Shown: one piece after another, positions 43,901-55,826 of the stretch
How the letters are laid out: each line of letters starts with the position of its first letter
Numbering within the stretch: position 1 is the stretch's first letter
Source: Octopus vulgaris
Lineage: Eukaryota
Direction of reading: 5' to 3'
DNA: 64,000 bases
Assembly: GCA_951406725.2 (NCBI GenBank)
Contig: OX597817.1
Coordinates: 119,474,001-119,538,000, forward strand
Made by a program: the position numbers and the translations under genes
The notes under the pieces: generated by a model
Databases searched by the model: none
Told to the model about the DNA's origin: nothing
Seen by the model: the letters and a program-made list of their open reading frames with translations, nothing else

Positions 43901-44070
43901 GGTTATGAAATTCTGAACCAAGTGTAGGGTTGTTTAAACTAACCGTGGTAACAGCCATCTTATTTCAATAAGACAATATCTCTTTTTCTCTTCCCACCTA
44001 CACACACATATAATGCATGTACATTCATTTATGTGAGATAAAGAGATTATGAGGGTGTAATTCCTGTTTA
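43901..44070 (+). repeat. ~150-170-bp dispersed repeat, copy 2
   Basis: Aligns with 40947-41099. Confidence 0.8.
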
Positions 44071-44160
44071 TTTCATATAAATTAATATACATGAAGGAAG
44101 AGAAGGGCTGTTGTCAGTTAGTATGAACTAGTAAAAATTAAACTAAATATTAATAAACAA

Positions 44161-44762
44161 GGCACAAGAATGGCTGTGTGGTAAGAAGCTTGCTTCCCAA
44201 CCACATAGTTCCATGTTCAATCGCACTGTGTGGCACCTTGGGCAAATGTCTTCTACTGTAGCCTTGCACTGACCAAAGACTTGTGAGTGGATTTGGTAGA
44301 TAGAAACTGAAGGGAGCCAGTTATATATTTATATATGTTCTTACACAGATAGACTCATCATTACATTAACATGTTCCTATATCTCTTTTTTCCTATTTCA
44401 CATTCTTGTTATGAATATTCGATCAACTTTATCAGACACAGTTTTATTGTGTCATAGTTTTATTGTAATATTCTTTCGTTAATACCTTTTTTGATGTTTT
44501 ATTAGTTTTTCCACTGAAGAGAATGGTAATACCTAATTAAATTGATTTAATTTAATTATTATTATAATTAATTTAATTTTTTCTGTTTCCTTACATGTCA
44601 GTATTATCATTCAAAACGATCGTATGGATTAAAAATTTATATAAACTTTTAACATCTCTTCTCCATTTTTTTAACAGTTAGTTGGGTTTATATAGGATTT
44701 TATCCTATAATACTCATAACACATTTTTAATTATATATATATATATATATATATTATACACT

Positions 44763-44817
<55 letters not shown>

Positions 44818-44990
44818 GTATTTGTGTGTCTGTGTTTGTCCCCGTAACTTAACAGTTTAGCAAAAGAGACTGATAGAATAAGTACTAGGCTTACAAAGAA
44901 TAAGTCCTTTAGCTGATTTATTCAACGAAAGGTGGTGCTCCTGCATGGCCACAGTCAAATGACTAAAACAAGTAAAAGAAATAAAACAAT
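44161..44990 (+). mobile_element. SINE family B split by an insertion into its internal (TA)n
   Basis: 5' half 44161-44325, 3' half 44815-44990; the intervening ~400 bp insert carries a hammerhead motif. Confidence 0.85.
44510..44628 (+). ncRNA. Type-I hammerhead ribozyme relic with palindromic stem III
   Basis: tcca CTGAAGA gaatggtaatac [68-nt AT-rich loop] gtattatcattc aAA acgatcgt A tgga. Stem II is 12 bp, stem III is self-complementary, stem I is tcca/tgga, and G12 is changed to A. Confidence 0.72.
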
Positions 44991-45330
44991 CATAATGATT
45001 CACTTAGCCAATGAATTACCACAGAAAAAAAAAGATGTAAATCTTGAAATCTATACTAATAAATAGCACTCATTACTTGCTTTCATTTCTTCTGATAGAC
45101 ATAAAACTTTGTTCTTACAACCTCCATTTACACTTTCATGCACACAGACACACGTTTTTGTTCATAAATTCCAATATTTAAAGTGAACAATAATTTTAGC
45201 AGATAATAAATGGGTTTTGTTTTGGTAATCAATCTTAGTTCATGTCCCTGGTAACCAGGTTCATAATTATATCTTACTCATATGGCAATAAGTCAAAATT
45301 CACACAAGCTTTTATGAAGCTGAATGAAGA

Positions 45331-45370
45331 ATGCTATATAGTTTTATATGCTATATAGTTTTATATGCTA
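45331..45370. repeat. 17-bp tandem repeat x2.3
   Basis: atgctatatagttttat units. Confidence 0.85.
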
Positions 45371-46907
45371 AGATAGATGCTTGGTCTTATAATACTTTGT
45401 GTTTAGTTAACAAATAAACCAAATTATAACCAAAGTCAAAAGAATATTATTTTCATAGTCATTTTTATACTCATCATTGTTTAGTAAACTTTAATATTAC
45501 AAATTCTATAACAAAATATAAAATTGTAGCAGTTATTTTGTCTAATAAAGTCATAACTGGAAAATGATTAGTAAGTGCAATTACTATTTCCTCATACATG
45601 CCAGATACTAAGTATATAAAATGTACAAATATATATACATAAAATAAAACATATACTCTCCCTCTCTCTCTTTCTTTTTTGTGTGTGTATGTAAAACACA
45701 TCATCATCATTTTACACCCACTACATTCACTTTCCATGTCATTCATTAGATCTGCTACCAGTTGCAGTCAGTGCATATTTGGAGATACTGCTCACTGGGA
45801 GAGTAGAAGGAGGCATCTTGTCTGTGTTTCAGTTTTGGCTTGATTTCTACTGCTGAATGCACTTCCTAAGATGAAACACTTTACAGAGTCTATAGGGTGC
45901 ATTTTTCATGGCAACAGTACAGTAGAGATGTCATGTTCTTGACAAGATTAAAAGGTCCTCTACCACACACTTTAAAGAACACTTTCGAGGCACCAATGTT
46001 AGAGAGATAGCAATTTCCTCAGCATGGCTAAAAGGATCTCTTAACTATCTTTAACTGTTCACTCAGCAACCACTTTACAAAGTCAGAAGCATGAGTGATA
46101 GAGCTATAAAAGATGCATGGATGATAGCATTATCTGATAAGAGGGATATGCTTGAGAAGAGTGAGAAGAATACATAGTATTCTAAGACAGTAGCATTACA
46201 TTCAAGATATTGTAATCTAGAGCTGTGATTCCCAATTTGGGGTGCATGCCCCACAAGTGGAGCATGGTAATATTTTGGTGAGGCATGCATAGGGTTATGT
46301 TGAATTTTATACCTTTTGTACACAATGTTTAGTATACCAATAGAGAATGAGTTATTAAAAAAAACAATTCTTTATATCCCTTCTTGGACAATTTTATCAA
46401 ATTTTGGACACTTAAAAAGTTGTTTTCATCATATTCATAAGACCTGATGTCACTAAAGAGGGAATAGATTATTTCCTTCGATTTAGTGGTAAGTGAAAAC
46501 ATGAAGGTAATTACTAACGCGTATGTGTGTGTGTGTGAGTGCGTGCATGTGTGTGTGTGTGTGTGTTTGAGTGTGCATGCATGCATGTATGTAGTATAAA
46601 ACTGGTCAGTACAGAAAGCAATGCCATCTTAATTCCCCATGGAGAAATAAACTGGAGACAGACTTATGTGTGCAGGTGTGTCTAAGAGTATTGGTTCTTT
46701 TAGCTCTAGCAACAAAAAGTCTAGGTACACAAGAAAAATGTTGAGCTGCAGAGTATGGCAATAAATGGTGTTGGGGTGGGGTGGGGGTGAAAGAATTGCA
46801 TGATGTGAAATGGGTTGTAAAGGAGTGGAAGTAAGGGGTAGCATCAGTGAAGGAAGAGAAATAGGCTGAAAGAGAGAGCAGAGAAGGAGACAGACAGGCA
46901 GATGAAC

Positions 46908-46908
46908 G

Positions 46909-46946
<38 letters not shown>

Positions 46947-46996
46947 CAGATAGTAGAGAAAGAGAGAGAGAGAGAGAGAAAGAGACACAGAGAGAA
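46908..46996. repeat. (GATA)n followed by (GA)n
   Basis: Direct reading. Confidence 0.95.
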
Positions 46997-47279
46997 AGAT
47001 TTATGGTACTGGTAATGCACACACATACATGTATATATATATGAACAGAGATGAAAATTAAAATGTCATTTTAATTCCACCAGTCAGTTTTGTGAATTCA
47101 GCAAAAAGGTAAGAAAAAACTTCCATCATTGATACAAAGGCTTTTGCAGCTGAGAAGATTCATGGAATATTTTTTGTTTCTTTTTAAGCATATTTTCCGA
47201 AAGTTTATATTGAAATCTCTTTTGAAGAAATTGTTGAAAAAATTTGCTTGAACTGAAATCTCTTCGTGTTTGATTCAAA

Positions 47280-48500
47280 GGCATAACTACAGATTTCTGC
47301 CCCCTGCCCAGCACCGACTTTGGATGATCATAGCTTTCAGAAAAATGGATATTTTTTAATGAAATTATCTACGAATATGTGATATATCATGTAGATTTTG
47401 AATATACAAAATTTTGTGGGAAAAGTGTTTTAGGAGGGGTTGGGGTTGGGAATCTCGGAAAATTCACTGGAGTCCACTTCAATTCATCTTAACTGTCAAG
47501 AAAATGGATATTTTTAAATGAAATTCTCTACAAATATACCTCGGACTATGTAGATTCTAAGAACATAGGAATTTGGAGGGGGAAACAATTGGGTGCTATT
47601 TTTGAGAACTGTTCCCCACACGCAGGTGTTTCTGAACAAGCCATCCATATTTGTTTCATTTTCTTTGTTTTGTGTGTTTGTGCATCCGTAGATTTCTACA
47701 GAAGCAACAAACAGGCAATGAAGGTAAATGAAGCCCTCACCAGAAAACTCGTTATGCTAAAAATAACAGCTAAAGGCCTGGTACACAGAAATATGTTATT
47801 AAGATGACTTATCTGTTGCATACGATTATTTTTCACTTTAAGTAAATTCCCAAGTAAACGTTTCTAATAGAAAGGCAGAAGACACCAGAAGCAAAAATAG
47901 GGAATATACACACTCAGTTAAATATAGAAGTGTAAAGCATAATTTGTTACATAATCTCTATTATAAACATGACATTGAATGGAATAATTCCCTGTTTAAA
48001 CTTTTTTTAATTACATATATTTGTGTGTGTGTGAGTGTGAGTGTCTGTGTGGTAGAAATCTATGGATAGACAATTTCATTAACAATATCAATTTTTCTGA
48101 AAGTTATGATCATCCAAAGTCGGGGGCACAGAAATCTATAGTTATGCCGATTCAAAAATACATAAAATGAGTAGTGCAAATAAAAAAAGTTCATCAATAT
48201 TCAGAGGAATATTTAAAATTTGGATTTATACCCACTATCCATGATAAACTGTCATCAAGTTATGGGCAAAAAACCCAGATCTTGTGAACTTTCCAAGGTT
48301 CTCTCCTCACCCCTCAGAAAAGATTTTCCCACAAATTTCTTTATAATCCATAATCTATGCCAGGAATTTATATAAAATCTCATTTAAAAAAAAAACATTT
48401 TCCTAAAAATTATGAGGGAAAAACTCAGATTTTGTGAATTTTCTAAAGTCCTCCCCTGTTGCTTTCCACACATTTTTTTTCATATTCATTTCCTACACAT
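47280..48500. mobile_element. Fold-back-like element made of inverted ~150-160 bp subrepeats
   Basis: 47280-47372 is the inverse of 48066-48148. Direct subrepeats at 47335/47495 and 48268/48418. Confidence 0.6.
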
Positions 48501-48973
48501 GGGTGACATTGTAAACATTGACTAAATTTTGAATAACAAAAATTAAATATCACAAAGGGGCATCAGGATTTTAGAAATGATTCAGTTTGGAACCACTGAT
48601 CTAGAGGATAGGGCAATGACAGAGCTTCAGAATGTGTGGTAGACAAGGAATAAAAGTATGATCACAGACAGAATGAAACACAAGAACAACTAGGAGTACA
48701 GGAAGGAAAGGTAAAGGTAGAGAGTGTGCATGTGTGTTTGCACACTCATGCATGTAAGGACTTGTATGCCTATATCCACATGGGGATGATGTATGAGCAT
48801 GTGTGATATATGTGTGTGTGTGTGCACATATATATATATACACACACACACACATAAATCAATCTATGACATTATACATACACACACATGCATGTACATA
48901 TATGTACTAACACATAAATAATTCCATGACATTATATATATATATATACATATACAGACACACATATATATAC

Positions 48974-49103
48974 ATATTGTACAGGAAAATTATAGACATC
49001 AACTAAACCTGATTAAGGATGTGAATAATACCTACATTGCTAAAAATAGGAGCTAAATTCTTAGTCAAGTTTAGTTGACGATTGTAGTTTTCCTTTACAG
49101 TAT
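48974..49103. mobile_element. Hairpin/MITE-like element in a microsatellite context
   Basis: tgtacaggaaaattatagacatcaactaaacctgattaaggat vs attcttagtcaagtttagttgacgattgtagttttcctttaca (43-bp imperfect arms). Confidence 0.65.
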
Positions 49104-49160
49104 ACTGGTATATATAATGTTGCAAACAGCTCTTTTTATTAATTCATTATATATATATAT

Positions 49161-49214
49161 TTGTCCAACCCATGCTAGCATGGAAAACAGACGCTAAACG
49201 ATGATGATGATGAT
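49161..49214 (+). mobile_element. SINE-like family D 3' tail
   Basis: gtccaacccatgctagcatggaaaacagacgctaaacgatgatgatg. Confidence 0.8.
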
Positions 49215-49728
49215 ATATATATATATATATATATACATATATACACCCACACACCCACATGCACACACACAAACATGCATATGCGAACACGCACACACAT
49301 GCATGTGTGCACACATACACAACATTATAAGAATTTTATAAACTTACAAGAGGACATGAAATAAATTATTTTTTGGAACTCTTGAAGTACACACATAAAG
49401 CATGCTATTATTATATCTTTATGTGCATTCTTGGAGAATTCCAAAATAAGGATACATATATATGTACTGACAGACAGACATAGGTAGATATGTCATGGGG
49501 ATATATACACACATACCACATATATATATATATATATATATATGCATGTATGCAGAAATATAAACTCTTTTACATGTATGTATGCACATACACATATTTT
49601 GATACTTTCTTATCTCCTTATCACTCACTTTCTTGCCACCCTTATCGCTATCACTCAGCCCTCTGTCATTTGTGCTATCCATTAGTGGAAGAAAGAAAGA
49701 AAGAGGAAAAAAGATAGATGTGTGTTTT

Positions 49729-49777
<49 letters not shown>

Positions 49778-49781
49778 TAAA

Positions 49782-50000
49782 AAATAAATGCACCCTTTTA
49801 AAGCCTAGCCAGGCTTATGGGCTCGGTTTCAATGGCGTATGTGTTCCCCAGCTTACTCATTTTTGCCAGCTGAGTGGACTGGAGCAACATGAAATTAAGT
49901 GTTTTGCTCAAGAACACAATGCATCGCCCTGTCCAGGAATCAAAACAACAATCTTACGATCATGATGCTGACACCCTAACCACTAAGCTACATGCCTCCA
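49782..50000 (-). mobile_element. tRNA-derived SINE with CORE-like domain (internally deleted)
   Basis: Minus: ggaggcatgtagcttagtggttaggg...ttgattcctggac...ttgtgttcttgagcaaaacacttaatttc. Confidence 0.82.
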
Positions 50001-50011
50001 CACACACACAT

Positions 50012-50058
<47 letters not shown>

Positions 50059-50059
<1 letters not shown>

Positions 50060-50383
50060 GAGGTTGTTTTGGCAAAGCATTGTGAGGTATAACTTTAAAG
50101 AATGTAGTTGCGTAAAGCCAGAACAACTCAAGAAGATACAAAGTAAACTACAAAAGGAAAAGAAAATAGAACAAGGTCACAGTTTTACCTTGTATTTCTA
50201 TATTTCGAGGTGAAGACCCCTTCATCAGGAAATTCCACTTTTCCAAATACCCTGATGAAAGGTATTCACCCAAAATATAGAAATACAAGGTGAAACTGCA
50301 ACTTTGTTCAGTTTTCTTTTCCTTTTGTAGTTTACTTTGTACCTTCTTGCTTTGTTCTAGCTTTACACAACTACATTCTTTAA
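50059..50383. mobile_element. Fold-back element in (TA)n with head-to-head hammerhead-like cores
   Basis: Imperfect arms of ~135 bp (50095-50229, 50251-50383) with a 21-nt spacer. Minus-strand core: ctgatga aggggt cttc acctc gaaa. Confidence 0.7.
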
Positions 50384-50809
50384 TATATATATATGTATAT
50401 ATTATGTATTATCACCCGTCATCTCCGCTGCCATGTCTACTCCTATTTTCCTTATATTCCCCCAAACTGAGACCCAGTAATGCCCATACTTCCATCCATC
50501 TTCACCAGTCACTCCTTTCACTTCTGTCCTCATCACCACCATCTCTCACTCTCCTTTCCCAATCCAATAAATCTACCCCATCACCCAGTCATTCCTGATT
50601 ATCTACCTTAATTATCCCTTTATCCACTTTCTTGTACATTCAGGGTACACATCCTGATACATCATCTTAATTATACTTCTACCTCTTCTTGCTGGGGTAA
50701 CCATGAATCTCCTCTCCAGCAACACAACTGTTTCTGTCTCACTTTCATACTTCAACACCAGACACAAAACAAACTGATTTAATGCTATGCCCCAACTCTG
50801 CCAGGTGCA

Positions 50810-51021
50810 TTTGTCTTGCTAGTCATTTGGTGATGTCACTAGTACTGATGACATGAAAAGAGCAACCAGTGCACTCTGTAAAGAATTGGTATTAGGAAGG
50901 GTGTCCATCTGCCGGAACCATGCCAAAGCAAATACTGGAGACCAATGTAGTCTTCGAGATAATCAGACCCTGTCCAACTGTTCAGTTCATGCAACATGGA
51001 ATACAGACATTACATGATGAT
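50810..51021 (+). mobile_element. SINE-like family D, degraded
   Basis: ggtattaggaagggtgtccatctg...catgcaacatggaatacagacattacatgatgat. Confidence 0.7.
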
Positions 51022-51257
51022 ATGTATATGTGTGTGTGTATGTATGTGTGAGAGCATGTATACACACATGGTGCTGTAACAAGTATTGCATGCAGTTGCA
51101 AAATTAAACAAAGCACTACAATAGTACAAGGTGGATAACTATACATAGCTCCAGGACACTGGCATGTTTGGAAATTAACAAATACTGATATGGTGATTTG
51201 AATGAATTAATGCAAATATTGAAGAGAATATATAAATAGGAAGGGAATAAAAATCAA

Positions 51258-51576
51258 ATAGAAATTGTAGTTGTGATACCTGTGCCAGTATCCAAACATG
51301 TCCAGCGCCAGCACCACCTTGACTGGCTTCCGTGCCGGTGGCACATAAAAAGCGCCAACCAATTCTGGCCATTGCCAGCCTCCCCTGGCACCTCTGCCGG
51401 TGGCGCACCCACAACACTCACAGAGTGGCTGACATTAGGAAGGGCATCTAGCTGGAGAAACATTGCCAGATCGGACTGGAGCCTGGTGCAGCCTCCTGGC
51501 TTCTCAGATCATGGTCGAACCGTCCAACCCATGCTAGCATGGAAAACGGATGTTAAACCATGATGATGATGATGAT
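51258..51576 (+). mobile_element. SINE-like family D, best-preserved copy
   Basis: gtgccggtggc repeats, cattaggaagggcatctagctg core, ccaacccatgctagcatggaaaacggatgttaaac and (gat)n tail. Confidence 0.88.
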
Positions 51577-52904
51577 ATAAATGTATGAAAAAAAGACATA
51601 CATAAATAATATCATACTCATTATCATTTGTCATCTACTGACTACAACTGTGTTCAAACTGGAGCATGACAGATTTACCATATACCTTCTATTTTGTCAC
51701 TCATGTTCTAAAATTGCAATCCTACATATTAATTCATGTAAGCATCTATCAACCTTCCTTCATCTATCTGTCTTTCTAATTTTCTATATTACAATGCACA
51801 CACACACACATACACACTCATGTACGCAGAACAAAAGGAGAGGTATCTATCATTGTAGTTGTACTGGATTATTTTAGGTCTGATTTATGTATTTTAATAT
51901 TTTGGATTTTTAATAACATTCCTATATTTCAACTATAGTTAGCCAAATACTTGCTCTAGCAGAAATACACCTGAATTGATATAAAAGAAGAACATAAAAC
52001 AGAAGTCCTATAAAAGCAATTTTAAATTAAGTTAAAACACCTTTGAAAAATGATTTGTTTTAAAACCTATCATGGCACTGATCAATACAACTACTGAGAG
52101 AAAATTCCACATTTTAAGTGTTTTCCTGCACATCTAGATTTAAATCCCCTACTCTTTTCAACTTCTTGCTGGCTTATTTAATATTGTAATGAACATTGTT
52201 AGTTTGCGTAATATTGAAATAAATATAATTCTTAGAGGAAATATTTAAGCTGATTTTCCCTTCACAATTCAAAATTTACATCAGAATATTTCTGCAATTT
52301 ATGAAATATTTAATATTATCACAAAAAATTACATTCACTTTACAAAAATATATTAATATTTTTGTATGTGACATATGCCACTTTATATTACTCAGTTTCA
52401 AAAATTCTGTTTAGTAAGCAGTCCAAAAGTTTATTACATTCTGCAGAATTCTGTTTATTTCTATTTTTCTCCAACTATCAATGCCATAGTGTATTTATAT
52501 AATTGTAGCATCTCTGTACACTTCAGCTCCAAATATGGTCTCTTCTTCTCATATGAATAGCATGTCATTTGTGTGTGTGTGTGTGTGTTTTTTTTTTTTC
52601 TCACATCTTTCCCACCTTATGTTTTAAGAAATGAGATGAGATAACAATAACTAACTTCACATTGGTTCTATTCTGACATTGTAAATCTCCTGAGAATGAG
52701 TTGCTCCAAAAATATTAGTCAATTACATTTTATCATAATCATGCCTCCCAAACAGCTCAAGACATGTTCTCTGGCTGTGGTTTTTTCCCACAAACATGGA
52801 GGCATAAACATGTAGTAATCAATCAGTGCACAAATACCAATATTGAATGAATATGGAGAACAAAGAAATTTATTTTTGCTAAGATATATCTGTTTTAGTT
52901 ACTT

Positions 52905-53110
52905 CTTATCCTCACTTAATCCCTGACTGAGTAAACTTATGATCAAAGTGCATTTTCTGGTCTTACTATCCAGTTTTTCTTTTATGAATACTGTTATTGA
53001 CATTAAGTAATATCTCCTTTTTTTTTTTTTTTAATGAAACTGGAGTGTAATTTGATGGAAATTTCACAGCTATTTCTAACAAGTTGAGTGATTACTTTGA
53101 AGTTCTATCA
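52905..53110 (+). repeat. Interspersed repeat family E
   Basis: ccctgactgagtaaacttatgatcaaag...gctatttctaacaagttgagtg. Confidence 0.5.
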
Positions 53111-55024
53111 GTAGCTCAAGGTATTAAAAATTGTACATTAAACTTGGTGATGATCACACTGAATGTGTTATTTCATTAACTAATGCATTTAAAATACTAT
53201 AATTAATAGCTTTCCTTTCACTTCACCTGTTATATTAATTTCTTCTTTTAGGAAAGAAAATTTTTCTGAAAATTTTTTTTATCAACTGTGTAACTAAATG
53301 TTTTAGCCTCTTCTAATCTATATTTCTTTAAATCAAGATCAATTTAGTAACATTTATTGAATCAATTTTCAAAATACTTCCATTTGCATGTCTTGATCTC
53401 CAAGTCATTTACATAAAATAGACAGAATCTTTCTATTGCTTTTGTATTATATAAGCCAAATGTGGCAGCACTATTTCCTCTAGGTTATAGAAAAGCATGC
53501 CTGTATCATTACATGCAATTTTTCTTTAAAGGCATATATGTTTCTTCTTTTCACCTGTTGTTTTCTGAAAAGCTTAATGCTATTTATCTCCTACTCTATT
53601 ATTTTCTGAAATCGTACTTTTTCCTCATTGTTTTTGTGAACATATGTCTGCCTTCAAGAACTAAACTCAACCAATGAATACAAGTTTCTGTTTCTTTTAT
53701 CATATATTTCAAAAACTTCCAGTTCCTCTCCCACTGATTTTATTTTCTCTGCTCTATAACTATGTTAATTTAAAGATTCATTTATAAAAATTTCAGTTTT
53801 AAAGAATTATTGACACATTTAATAGATTTGTTCATTCTCATGTATGGAATCTTTACAGAAAAGATAAAATAATTTTTAGATAATATAATGAATAAACTGA
53901 GCAAAAATATAAAACTGAATATAAAGAAATAAAATAAATTTTGCAATGCAATTGGACATAGAAAAAATATTTTCATTAAAACTGAGAGTTTTCGTGAAAA
54001 TAAGATGAAAGCAAGCAAGTGTTATTTATTGTGGCAGAGAAACAGTAAATAGAATAAATTTCTAGATAAGAGAACTGGAAGAAAAATATAATAATAGAGA
54101 GAAACCTAGCAAGACATGTTTCAGTTGAAGAAAGGTACCATTATGTTAATGAAAGTGTAGAAGTTGTAGGAAAAAAAAAACAAATTTTTCATAATGGGAG
54201 GTTTTTGTTTTTTATCAGTTCATGCCAAGATATAAAAAAAATCTATTCAAAGAAACCTTAAGAAAACAAGACTTTGTGCGAGTTTGAAACAAACATTGAC
54301 GGCAAATGGGTTTATTTTATATGTGAAACTTCATTCTGCAAGGAACTTGACAGTAGAGAATCAAGTGAAATATGCATGATTTCTGTAGAACTCTAATCTT
54401 AAAGTAGTTGTGACAGTACTAAATTGCATCACTGCTAAATTCCAATTGTAGTAAATCGCCACTCTACTAAACTACTTAAGTTAATCAGATGTGAACTTGT
54501 ACGAAGCTGTCAAAGCAAAATGCAAGTTCTTTTCTTTTGTATAATTTATTGTATTTTGTTGTAATCTCTTGTATTTTATGTATTTGTAGCCATTCTTCGT
54601 GTTATTTATGCAACTACATGCTTACAGCTTTTTGAACCACATAAAAATACACTAATATTCATACATACACACATAGAAGACACATAAATAAAGGCGTGAA
54701 CATACATATATACAAATGTATATAATAATACGAAGGCATATAGAGATGTATATTTCCAGACCATCAGAGACCAATAAACAAACAAATAAGTACAGACAAG
54801 TACACAAATTTCCACATATACATACACATGCATAAGCACACATCCCACATGCACGTATGCATACACATATAAACACATACCGCCACACATAGCTATAGTC
54901 GCATAAAACTATGCGGAGGTAGAAATAAATATGTATAGGCACACACTCATACGTACAAACAAATGCATTTACATGATTACTTATGTGCAGACTCATACAA
55001 TGAAAAACAAGACATGAACACACA

Positions 55025-55077
<53 letters not shown>

Positions 55078-55696
55078 AAGCTAACTTCACATTCAGACAC
55101 AAAAGGCTATATATATATATAAATACACACACAAAATAAAAAACATACATTCAAATAGACACCTCATTTAGTCAATAACAAAAGAGTAGTCAATATAAAG
55201 TGGCAGAAAGTAATACATATTTATAATGAAAGATTAAGTGAAGCCATTTAATGCTTATGGAAGTGTAAGCTATTTTGCTCGTTTCTTTTTCAGTTAGGGG
55301 CACAATCATTAAATCAAATTACATACATTTGCACATATGTGCAAATCAGTCATTATCACTAGATTGTCATTACCATGTCCTCTACTAGTCAAACAGATAT
55401 CTCCATGAAGAATTTTTCCATTCCTCTTTACGAGTAAGTTACAAGGAGGATCAACTAGAATTTTTTTTGTAATCTCTTTTCTTTTGCTTTCAGAATATTT
55501 TATTGCAAGTGCATTAATAAACTTCAGCTGCAAATTGGGTTTATGGTCACCTGATTGTTAATGAACATGTTCTTACAGTGAATTATTTGTCATGTGTCAA
55601 TATAAAGCTTTCCAAGATCATTACCATCGTTATTTCTGCTTTATATGTCATCTTTCCTTTTATGCGGTCATTTTATGTTCTATGCATATTTTAGTA

Positions 55697-55826
55697 TGTA
55701 TATATATATATATGTATGTATGTATATATATATATGTATATATATATATGTATGTATATATATATATATGTATATATGTGTGTATATATATATATGTATG
55801 TATATATGTGTGTGTATATATATATG
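55697..55826. repeat. (TA/TG)n microsatellite
   Basis: Direct reading. Confidence 0.95.

Larger units (their letters stand above)
46223..48598. mobile_element. Non-autonomous hAT (Charlie-type) element, 2376 bp, with internal cargo
   Basis: Perfect 8-bp TSD ATCTAGAG at 46215-46222 and 48599-48606. TIRs ctgtgattcccaa and tttggaaccactg are of the cagtggttccca type. Confidence 0.8.

Noticed and set aside
51175-51563. GC-rich overlapping ORFs
   Set aside because: They lie wholly within a family D repeat copy.
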